The notes beneath the pieces were generated by a model that had not been told where the DNA came from, did no database searches, and saw only the letters and a list, made by a program, of their open reading frames with translations. From an uncultured virus (IMG/VR IMGVR_UViG_3300046003_003079) (taxonomy: Duplodnaviria > Heunggongvirae > Uroviricota > Caudoviricetes > Crassvirales), in IMG/VR virus record IMGVR_UViG_3300046003_003079: a stretch of DNA of 64,000 bases, one strand, 5' to 3'. A program made the position numbers and the translations under genes. The stretch's first letter is position 1. The number at the start of each line of letters is the position of its first letter. Shown piece by piece: positions 6,958 to 16,809 of the stretch.

Positions 6958-9900
6958 CTACAACCCATCATAGTACAAGACCCATTGGAAGATTATCGCC
7001 CTTCGGTCCGTCAGACGATATCTTTTGCATAATGTGGTCGGTCCAAATATATGGACCAAAATATCTAGCGCATCTTCAGTGAAGAATACAGTAGTGAATA
7101 TTATCCTGTAATACAGTGGGAAGATAGAACCTAAATTACCAACGTCTAAGCTGGCAATAAGATATGGCTTGTATATCTTCATGACTGTGAATTTAGTTAA
7201 AGTTAGCCGCCCGATACGGGAGTACAGGCGGCATAGAGGCATTACTGATTTTTTACTGGCTGTCCACTAAACATGCCGACGTACTGTTATGTTGCCTCAA
7301 TTAGTTTATACTTGTCTGTATGGTATGTTATACCCATCAAAAGAACTTCTGCTTCTGTTTTTGAATAGGCATCTATACTTATTACAATACGTGAATTCTC
7401 AACGTGTTGAAATTTGAATGTTTTTAATGGTGGCATGATTGTGATATTAAAGGTTAATATTTTGTTTAATATGAGTAGATACTGTACGTCCTGTTTGAAT
7501 AATAACATCAAACTCATCTTTCAATTCATCAATTAAGTCTTTGTAAGACTTTAAATATTTACCACCAAGGCATCCGTCCCATACATTTATTCCACCTTCA
7601 TCCTCAATGATTGAGATATGCCTACATCTTCGATAGGTGGTTTTATTATCAATACATGTAAGTGATGTGGTAATTTTTGTAGATAGCAACTTTTCTTCAT
7701 TACTCATTACTAATATCTATTAAGTTGAACACCCAATTCCTCGCACTTAACACGTGCTGTATCAATGATTTTTTGATTCAATTCCATTGAGCCTGTATGC
7801 TTGTAATCGAATTCATCAAGCGGAATAATAAAACCTTTATCATCTAGCTTTAATATTGTTAATACTCCTTCTTCTTTATATCCAGCGTGTGGATATTCTA
7901 ATACAGTCAAGATTCCAAATCTGAATGATGTACTGTCTACTTCGATTAAATGTGTCATGGGTTCCTGTTTTTAGTTAATTCTTGTTACTGTCATGAATGA
8001 ATGCTCATCATCACGATTTGATCGGAGGGAGTACATCTCGCCTACGTTTAAGTCGAGTAGTTTGTCGAACTCATCACATATAGCGTATGCCCATTCAAAG
8101 TCTAATCGAATTAAATGATTAATGCCGAAAGGCTCAACATTGAATGCTTCTCCTTGCTCTATTCCGATTACTTTGAATCGTCTATTGGATAGTATGTCGT
8201 TTATGTGGCTCATGATAATAATTGTTTAGCTTCGTTTGTTGGTAGTCCGTTTAATCCCAATACACCTGTTACTATTTGGCGCAAGTCATGGACTGTTAAA
8301 TGCGTTTGGCATGTGCCGTGAAGATTGTTCTTAATGACTGCTTTCATGCTTTCAATAATTCTTTCAATCTGTTCTTTAGTCCATAAGTCTGGATTGAATG
8401 TAATCTTAAGGCAATTCTTTACTCCATCGCCTTCTCTCAACACTCTAATCTTTGCTTTTCTATAGTCTCCACTATACACGCGTGGAATGTAAACTGCATA
8501 CTGGCTGTATTGATTGCCGTAATGCGTTTCTACCTTTAGCCCTTTCTGAATTGCTAAATGCTTTGCTAATTCGCTGTATGTTTTCATGACTGTGAATTTA
8601 AATGTGACTAATACGGCAGTATTTCATGCCGTTTCGGATAATTAATCCTCGTCAGTTAGTCTTGTTAGCACCCAACGGCATGAATAATAATTTCTTTAAT
8701 CTAATCAGACTTGAATCGTCGTACAAGTCCATTAATTCCTGCGCTCTTGATGGCTGGATTGTTAGCTGTCCTAACATCGGGTGATTAATTTCGCCAGCCT
8801 GTCTGCTCATTGCTATTTGCTGTAATCTCTCACGGATTGATAGCTGTCTGATTGTGCCGCTTGTCGCTTGAAAGCCTACACTATTTGGGATTTGTCCGTT
8901 CATTATAAATGGGTTTTAGAAGTTTAAATCTTTCAATTGCTCCTGTGCAATTTTTTCTGAGGAATGCAAGTCACCTTTAAATAATTCAACATGCATAAGT
9001 CCGTCCGTTATTGAATCGGGTGAAAGTATCTCAGATACCAATACTGGGTCATCTGATTTATCGTCGTAATCAATTACCACAATATCGGCATCAACATTCG
9101 TACAGATACTTTGAACGATGCCACCTTCAACGGTGATTAATATTTTTAGCTTTCCCATGGTCTTTATTTGATGTTAAAATTCAATTGTTTCCTCCTCATT
9201 ACCCACTAATTCAATGATGAATGTGGGAAAGTTTTCCTTCAGTCTATCAACTAATTCTTCATTGTCGTATAAAAAATCTCCGTCATTTTCTTCTGCCCAT
9301 TCTCTGTCCTCCTCAATTAATGGCTTCAAAAATAGCTTAACTTGAGTTACTGGCAAATTAGTTACAATTGTAAAATCGTCTTCACTTGCACTTGTTGGTT
9401 TAATGATTATAGTTTTCATGACTTGCTGTATTTAATGATTTCATCTAATGTGGATTGACTGACTGTTGGGTATTTTTCATCATAACAAGAGTTACAGTAG
9501 TCTGTAAATTCGTTAGAATTATTTGGACATCCTTTACACTTACATAGTCTTTGCCCTTTGTAATTTACATCTGTAGATTTTACTCTATCTAAATAATCCT
9601 CATGACCACTCATATCTACATAGTCAGTCTTGTCTGTATTCCATCTTCTACTAGGCCAAATTTCGTCCTGTATCGGATATTCTTTGATTATTTGTTCGTT
9701 AGTCATGACTTTATAATTTACTGTAAACACTTGTGCCATCTGAAAATCCACCTACACGGTTTAAAACGTCAGCGTATTTATTCAATTCCTTTTGTAGTTT
9801 GTCCCAAATTTTATTGATAAATGACTCAGCTAATCCATGTTTGCCGTATTCGTCTGCATGCTGATTAGGACGCGCTGAAATACTAACTAATCCACAATAT

Positions 9901-10636
9901 TCAGATATGCCGATTTCAACAATACGGTTTTCAAGAATGATTCTTGTTTCTCTACCGTCGTATCTACCGTCTACATCTTTAAATGAAGGATATAATTCTT
10001 TGATGACTGATATTATATTATCATGCAAATCATCAAATGCGAATTCATCATCAACCATTTCACCATCTTCATTTTCGTACTCAGTCTCATATTTTATATA
10101 TAAAACCTTAGTTGCATTGCTTAAATAATCTACAGAACGTCCCATGACTTTAGTTTTAAATGATTAATTATAAATACTTGCATCTGTTCAATGCATCTAA
10201 ATACTCTTCATTTGTTCCAATGAAATAGCATTTGTTTAGTCTACTCAACATTTTATTATTACCCGAAGCAATTCCGAAGATGGGGAGTAAATAATTATAT
10301 TGTTTTTGAGTTAATGGAAATGAATAGTCTCTCATAGCGCATGTTTTAAATGATTAATTAATTCCCATGCTGAAATTCGCCATCAATAAATACTGGCTCA
10401 TATTCCCCATGGTCTGCTGTCATATCGTCCAATTCAAAGAAGTCTGTAGTCGACGCTAATTTTAACTCATGACATACTGCGATTACAGGATATTCGTCAC
10501 CTTTTGTTGGATGCTCAACAAATACTATTTCTTGTCCTAAACTGTTAGTCATTCTACCGTACTCAGTAGGATTTAGACTGATTAATTTCTCGTAGTTTAA
10601 CATGATGTATGATTTTAAGGTTTTGCCCATCTGCAT
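6958..10636 (-). CDS. Cluster of ~13 small hypothetical early genes (6958-7182, 7287-~7437, 7447-7707, 7710-7958, 7971-8213, 8210-8587, 8652-8903, 8916-9158, 9174-9419, 9416-~9706, 9711-10145, 10168-10335, 10358-~10603)
   Basis: Contiguous co-oriented short ORFs, several acidic. 10168-10335 (MRDYSFPL...) is below the track cutoff. No recognisable domains. Confidence 0.6.
8606..8661 (-). ncRNA. Type I hammerhead ribozyme
   Basis: Minus strand: GACTAA CTGACGA GGAT-TAATT-ATCC GAAA C-GGCA-TGAAATAC-TGCC-G TA TTAGTC. Complete core (CUGANGA, GAAA, GUA triplet) and stems I-III. Confidence 0.9.
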
Positions 10637-10684
10637 TGACTTAATTTATAGAATCGTCTATCATTTTACTAACTGTTACATATA

Positions 10685-10786
10685 CCTAGAAATGTAATTT
10701 CGAAACGCAAATTGAGATTAACACAATTCGTTTAGTAATTTAAATAGCATTCACGTATAGCCTAGGAACGTGCTTTCGAAACGCAA
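10685..10786. repeat. Pair of 26-bp direct repeats containing palindrome TTTCGAAA
   Basis: CCTAGAAATGTAATTTCGAAACGCAA (10685-10710) vs CCTAGGAACGTGCTTTCGAAACGCAA (10761-10786), 22/26 identical. Confidence 0.75.
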
Positions 10787-10829
10787 TCCTATAAATTAAG
10801 TCCTACACCTTTGGAATGTAGAATGATGC

Positions 10830-11405
10830 ATTAACAAACGAGTTGGCTTAGACTTTTCAGCCCCGCTCGTTTAAATCGGATGTCTTAAATGCTTTCTTGT
10901 TTCAATGGTATATTGTCGAAAGTATAGAGAAACAATAAGGTCTATACTACCAAGGTCTTCCACCTCTAATCAAACCACATAGGGAACTATTTTACTGACT
11001 ATCTTTTGGTTGCTATCTTTTGCACTAGCTGTTATGTCAATGAACTAAGTATTAGACTGAACTACTGGCTACTTACTTAAAACTGTTTCAAACCGAAGTA
11101 AGGCATGCTCTAAACTTTCACTCTTCATTCACCTTACTAGCATACTGATTCATCATCGTAACATCTTAAAGGCTGTCATGTTGTATTGCTTATTTGACTG
11201 ATACGCTAGACAATTTCAATCTATTTAGTCTGCGCATCGCTTTTGTAATCGTTCTAAGTAGGCTACTATTCCTTTGAAACAGAGACCGAAGCCTCAAACC
11301 TTTACTTTCACCTAGTCTCTGTCGTAATGACTGCTAGGACAGGTTCATTGTTGTTCACCCCTACATGTGTCACTTGTCAAATAAAAGTCAGCTCGTTTGC
11401 TTGAC
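10830..11405 (-). ncRNA. Long structured non-coding leader/ncRNA upstream of the early operon
   Basis: No ORF of 60 aa or more; at least five 7-9-bp perfect helices (see findings); starts just downstream of a TAnnTTTG box. Confidence 0.45.
11033..11046 (-). promoter_or_regulatory. boxA-like antitermination element
   Basis: AGTTCATTGACATA on the minus strand resembles the rrn boxA form of Bacteroidota. Confidence 0.5.
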
Positions 11406-11410
11406 TGAAA

Positions 11411-11418
11411 CAAACATA
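11411..11418 (-). promoter_or_regulatory. Bacteroidota-type -7 promoter box for leftward early transcription
   Basis: TATGTTTG (TAnnTTTG) on the minus strand at the head of the leftward arm. Confidence 0.6.
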
Positions 11419-11765
11419 CGGCGTTTGATTGGATTGACAATGCTTGCACTATCATTATTTTTGATAAATTAGACGAACGTCTTAATTCCTTCGACGAATG
11501 ATGTCATTTCTTCGATCAACTTCAAATTCTTAATTGCGTGACTTTTTGATTGCATGCTAAATGGCTGAAATACAGGCAGTTATGACTCTATACGCGCGTG
11601 CAGGATTCTATATGGGGAAGGGAGGTTTTCTGAAATGGGGGGAGAATGGTGGTCTAACACAATAAGTTAGACTAACCTAACTCTATCAATTAGATGAGCC
11701 GAATTCACGACAAACGGCAGGAATGACTGACTGACTGACGGCTTGGATCCCTTGGTATCATTGAG

Positions 11766-11793
11766 TTGTCTTATAATTAACATTATGTTAAAT
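11766..11793 (+). other. dif-like XerC/XerD recombination site
   Basis: TTGTCTTATAA-TTAACA-TTATGTTAAAT: 11-6-11 geometry; right arm identical to the canonical XerD arm; left arm ends in ATAA like XerC arms. Confidence 0.75.
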
Positions 11794-12034
11794 AGATAGC
11801 TAAACAATTGACAATCAGCACGTTATATCGTTAAACAGGCAAGCATGAATGCATGCATGACGAACGAATACAGCCCAATGATAGCAGGCCATCAGACAAA
11901 AAGCTAAAAAGTTTGAACGGAATTTCTGAAATCAGCACCCCCCATCGACTTTTTCGAACGTTTTCCTTTTAGGTTGGTTCGCGTCAGATAGCTATGTTAT
12001 CCAAACTCTCTGCACATACAACAATATTTTTTTA

Positions 12035-12042
12035 TATCTTTG
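12035..12042 (+). promoter_or_regulatory. Bacteroidota-type -7 promoter box (representative of many)
   Basis: TATCTTTG upstream of 12071. Same TAnnTTTG box at 12433, 14286, 16424, 16781, ~21840, ~24647, ~30597, ~33949, ~34567, ~43910, ~44666 (+) and 57528-57535 (-), almost all just upstream of gene starts. Confidence 0.75.
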
Positions 12043-12070
12043 CATCGTATATACATAAAAACAAATAGCT

Positions 12071-12316
12071 ATGAAAACAAAAATGACAGTAAAAAAGACT
12101 GACACTGGTAAGGGTAAAAAGACAACTCTTAAGATGAGTGACAGTGCAGCATCTAAGTCTGCAGCTAAGTACAAGCCTACAGCATCTACAAGTGCTAAAG
12201 CAGCTAAATCTGTAAAGAATGACATTGGGCGTATCAATCCTGTAACTGGAAAGGTAATGACCAAAGCTGATGCAGATGCTAAAGCTCGTCAATTAGAGAA
12301 AAAGAAGAGATCTTAA
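12071..12316 (+). CDS. Small Lys/Ala-rich basic protein (possible nucleic-acid-binding, H1-like)
   Basis: Strongly basic, low-complexity KA-rich sequence; own promoter and terminator. Confidence 0.7.
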   Translation: MKTKMTVKKTDTGKGKKTTLKMSDSAASKSAAKYKPTASTSAKAAKSVKNDIGRINPVTGKVMTKADADAKARQLEKKKRS

Positions 12317-12339
12317 TTCATTAAGACGTACCTTTTCAG

Positions 12340-12369
12340 ACCTCACTATTTACTTAGTGGGGTTTTTTT
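12340..12369 (+). terminator. Intrinsic terminator
   Basis: cctcacta-tttact-tagtgggg followed by T7. Confidence 0.7.
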
Positions 12370-12465
12370 ATGCATTAGTCGAAGCATTTCTGTTATTCGT
12401 CGAAAAGATTTGCAGGAATGAAAAAGAATATATATGTTTGATCCATAACTTTAAAACTAGAAAAA

Positions 12466-12837
12466 ATGAAAACAACAATCTTTACAGCAGCAATGATCAT
12501 GGTATCATTATTCTCTTCAGCACAAACTTTAGAGAATCCATTAAGCTGGGATGAATTAATGGAAGACGTAAATGCATTACCAATTCATTACGCATGGTAT
12601 GAAGACCAGAATGATGGAAGTTTGACAATGAGTATTCCAGACACAAAAGAAGGAAGAAAATTCTTATCTGATTTGATCGATAGTTTTGGAGGAGATATTA
12701 AGTCACCCACGTCAAAAAGACCAATGGGTAAATCGACATACTTTTATCACAATACGACATTGGTAGAATATTTTTTCTACTACAATTTCCAAGTGTTGGA
12801 TTTTGAACCAGAGCTTGTAATTGTACTAAAACAGTGA
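12466..12837 (+). CDS. Secreted/periplasmic hypothetical protein
   Basis: Signal peptide MKTTIFTAAMIMVSLFSSA-Q, typical Bacteroidota SPI cleavage before Gln. Confidence 0.7.
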   Translation: MKTTIFTAAMIMVSLFSSAQTLENPLSWDELMEDVNALPIHYAWYEDQNDGSLTMSIPDTKEGRKFLSDLIDSFGGDIKSPTSKRPMGKSTYFYHNTTLVEYFFYYNFQVLDFEPELVIVLKQ

Positions 12838-12925
12838 TTTTTCGCAAAATTCAACATTTTTAGTGTCGAAGATGTTGCAAGAATGACGCAAAAATGACGC
12901 AAAGAACCGCAGAAACACTGGAATA

Positions 12926-13122
12926 ATTGCAGTATGTAGTATGTACCCTCTTTATTTAGCGAAAAAAAATTATTAATAAGAGAAAGGAGAAAAACTTTTT
13001 TTATAAATAAATGACCTCTCTTCGACATACTGCAATACTCGCTGATTATCAGACAGTTAGCCTACACAGAAGCGACATTTTACTGACACTCTTTGCAATA
13101 CTGCCTGATAATCAAGCAGTTG
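12926..13122. repeat. Origin-like element, copy 2 (perfect 12-bp IR around AT-rich core, plus two IHF-like boxes)
   Basis: ATTGCAGTATGT (12926-12937)/ACATACTGCAAT (13025-13036); CTGATTATCAGACAGTTA (13042-13059) and CTGATAATCAAGCAGTTG (13105-13122), each preceded by TGCAATACT. Confidence 0.6.
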
Positions 13123-13164
13123 GACGACACTCAACTAAATAATTAATTAAATAAACAAATAAAA

Positions 13165-14120
13165 ATGAAAAGAACAAAAATCGATTTCAGTAGACATGAA
13201 CTTGAAATCACAACACTTGAAATCACTCCAAACAAAAAGGTAAGAATACATACATTTAAAAGGCCCGATACTACTAATTGCATGTTGGTATTTATAAACG
13301 CTTGTGGCGTTATGACGGTAACTGGAGATTTTGGTAATTGGGTATTTTGTAGAGAATTTCATCCATCAGCAAATGGAGACGGAGTAAGCGGAGGATACTG
13401 GGATGAGAAGTTGGAGATAGCATCTGTACAAAAATCAGATCAGTACGACTCGGAAAAGACAATGGAAGCTATAAATGACTTTAAAAATGACTTCGAAGAT
13501 AATTATGGAAGACCAATGAGTGAAGAGGAGATGGATTGGGTAGAAAGATTGGAAGGAAGTATAGATGATGAGCATGAGTACGTTTATATAGCCTACAGAG
13601 AAAACCCAAGTAGCATAGATTACGAATCAGTGCCATTTGGCAAAAAACGTCATGTATGGCTTGATGCGGTTTATGATGGATTTAATGAGATATGTGCTGT
13701 GATGAAAAGAGAAGGTTGGTCATGAAAAGCTTAACGAATAAACAACTAGAAGAAGCACCATTATTAATTCAACAGATCCACTTTACGTGGATGATTGGAC
13801 GACCAATTGGTAGCTCGACATATGAAAAAGCAATCGCTGATCATCCAGAATATTTTCCAGATGAGGTTGAAGCAAAAAGAAAATGGGATCTTGTTCCACA
13901 AGAAGTACATGATAAGTATTTGGAAGAATACTGGCAGGTTCATCGCGAAATATTCAAGGACGTGACAGATGGAGGTGGGTTTATGGATACGATAAATAAT
14001 TCATCAGCACATCAAGCATGGAGAAAAGCAAATGATGAGGCTTATGCTAAAATGAAGCCATTAGAAAAGAAGTTACACAACAAGTACTATTTGAAGTACG
14101 GAATTAAATATAATGGATAA
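13165..14120 (+). CDS. Two hypothetical proteins (13165-13725; ~13722-14120)
   Basis: ORF track; the second probably starts at MKSLTNK (ATGA overlap). Confidence 0.7.
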
Positions 14121-14297
14121 TGAAAAACAAACTTCGCATCAAGAAAATGGACCAAGCTCGCGAACGGGAGAAAGGTCGCCAACCTGTCGGTTGGGCACGG
14201 AATGAGGACGGGTCATTTAGCTGGCTTTATAAAGGTTGGGTAAAAATAAATTCAGCCAGATCGTTAAACCCATAGGAATAAATTATATATTTGCGAC

Positions 14298-14651
14298 ATG
14301 AAAGTAATCATTGCAGGCAGCCGTTCATTTAGCGACTATGAATTTCTTTGCAGGATATGCGACCAGCTACTCGTCAATCAGTCAGACGTAGAGATAGTCA
14401 GCGGTGGATGCTATGGTCCAGATAGACTTGGAGAACGATACGCTATAGTGCGAAAACACAAGTTAAAACAAATGCCAGCAAACTGGAAGTCATTAGGTAA
14501 GAAAGCTGGTCCAATCAGGAATGAAGAGATGGCTAAATACGCTGACGCACTGATTGCTTTCTGGGATGGGAAAAGCAAGGGAACCATGCATATGATCAGC
14601 ATGGCAGATAAGTATAAATTAAAAACAAGAATAATTAATTATGGAATTTAA
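14298..14651 (+). CDS. SLOG-family / DUF2493 (YspA-like) nucleotide-binding protein
   Basis: Motifs VIIAGSR.F.DY, IVSGG..GPD, AGPIRNEEM and IAFWDGKSKGT. Confidence 0.8.
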   Translation: MKVIIAGSRSFSDYEFLCRICDQLLVNQSDVEIVSGGCYGPDRLGERYAIVRKHKLKQMPANWKSLGKKAGPIRNEEMAKYADALIAFWDGKSKGTMHMISMADKYKLKTRIINYGI

Positions 14652-16407
14652 AGGAACAAAAGGAGAGTGGAAGATTGGTAATTCAGAATTATCAGTAATT
14701 GAACCCAACAAAGGATTGATTATTGCTTATGTTGGTTCAAGAAATGAATTATCAATTGAAGAACAGAAATCTAACGCCAAAATAATCGCAGCAGCACCTG
14801 AGTTGTTGGAAGCGTTGCAGATATACCTAAACGCAGGATGTAAGAATCAAAGACGTGACGCATCTGTTATAGCTAAAAAAGCAATCAACAAAGCACTCCT
14901 ATGATCAACCAAATATTCAAAACTCACTTCGAGCGCACAATGATCAATAAAATCAATAAAAAATGACAGAAAAAGAAAATCAAATAGCAGAAGCTAAAAG
15001 ACTACTAGAAAAAATGCCATTAGACATGGCAATAACTGTATGTGAAGAGGTTGGAAGTAAGCTTCCAAACATAAATGAAACACCTCCAATACATAGAAAA
15101 TCAGAGAGGCATTATATGCAGTTCTGGCGTTATGGAGTAGTATCTGAGCTTAAGAAACTAGCCCATATAAAAAGCGATCTAGAATCACTAAAAGACAAGG
15201 TGTTAAAGGAATATGAAAACGGAAATGTAGTCGTATATGGACCGTTAGGATTCACTATATTGGATATTGACAGTCTTATAAACCAACCGATTGATGGATT
15301 GCTTTACGATCTAAATAGAAACGAGTCAACAATACTTTTGTTCATAGAGGATTTTAAATGGATAAACGACTTTGCTATGATGAAGGTATTGCAAAAAATC
15401 AAGAAAGACTCCTACACCATCGACGACATTGAACGCGCAGTAAACCACTGGTCCATGACGACAGTAGAAAAGGAAAACATAATTAAATTTTTAGAGAAAT
15501 GAGTAAAAACGCCAACAAACCAGCCTTCGCAGCAGCCGCTGTGGACGGACAGAATAACTACTTGAGTGTTGGACTAACCAAGCGCGAGTATATTGCGACA
15601 GCAATAACCAAGGAGTTGTCACATGACTTCGAAAACATAGACGCTATGATTGACACAGCTATTGAAATAACTGACAAACTATTAGAAAAACTAGAGGTAT
15701 GAAAATCACCCCACAAGAACAAGTATCAAGACTGGAATATATCTGCGGAAACACTCAGGAAGCAATTAATTTCGTTGAAAAAGACTTACAAGAAGAGATG
15801 ACAGAAAGTCAGAGAGAATACATGAATGAAGTACTAACAGAATTAAAAAGAAGATTATGAAATACTTTTGGCATTTTATACACATTTTGCAAATACTATT
15901 TAGCATTACAATGTGTGTGCTGTTTCCATATTGGATCAGCGAAGGATATTTAAGCGATCCATATCCAATTATTGGAGCATTCATCGGATCATATGGTGGA
16001 TTTATCGGAGGAGTGATTTGGTATTACAGAAACTTTAAACACATCCAATGATTATAGCAGCAGCCATACTCATACTAGTCTCTGCTGTATTCGAAGCAGT
16101 GATGGACTTCCTTCAGTTTAAATACACTGGTAGAAGTCAGTTCTGGAATCCAGAATTAAGCTGGATGAATAAATGGGACTACTCAACAATACCACGAAAA
16201 GAACGATTCCCACTATCATCCACAGTACTTGTATTTCTGACTGACGGCTGGCATCTAATGAAGTGGTGCAGAAATAGATGCTTGGATGTAGCCATGTTTT
16301 TAGTCGCGATTGGACTGACTGATTTCTGGATGGCATTCTGGATTACAATTACCATCAGATCGGCTTATGGAATTATTTTTGAATTTGTTTTTCGAAAACT
16401 CAAATAG
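14641..16407 (+). CDS. Five small hypothetical genes (14641-14904, 14963-15502, 15499-15702, 15857-16051 TM, 16048-16407 TM)
   Basis: Common phage motifs NAKIIAAAPELLEAL and GLTKREYIA; last two hydrophobic. Confidence 0.65.
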
Positions 16408-16436
16408 TGTCGCATTTATTGACTATATTTGCGACA

Positions 16437-16606
16437 ACAGTACCTAATACGGTTCTCGTTGGAACACCGCACCCGATTAGGTCTTTTCACGTGTAAAGGA
16501 AATTGGTTGCTGCAGCACCTGAAGAAATTCATAACTGCTCTGCCATATAACTTATGACGAACCCCCATGTAAGACTATTGACGAATAGAAACTGCATGGG
16601 TTTTTT
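16437..16606 (+). ncRNA. Candidate stand-alone ~170-nt small RNA
   Basis: Promoter box TATATTTG (16424-16431), ORF-free hairpin-rich segment (ACCTAAT/ATTAGGT, CGGT/ACCG), terminator CCCATG...CATGGG-T6. Confidence 0.5.
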
Positions 16607-16809
16607 ATGCTAAATACTTTTTACAAAACATGCATAAATTGTAAATAATATTTGTACATGAAAACTGAAACATGTATAAAAAGCAAATTATTTTATACTT
16701 TTCTGCGAGATTATCGCAAAATCTCGAAGCATTTATACAAATTATTTTATGTATATAAGTCGCAAGTATCAAAAAATAACTATATTTGCCAAAACTAAAT
16801 TTAATTAAA

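Noticed and set aside
6742..7082. Plus-strand ORFs 6742-6945 and 6804-7082
   Set aside because: Antisense shadows of the tRNA-like RNA and of a minus-strand gene.
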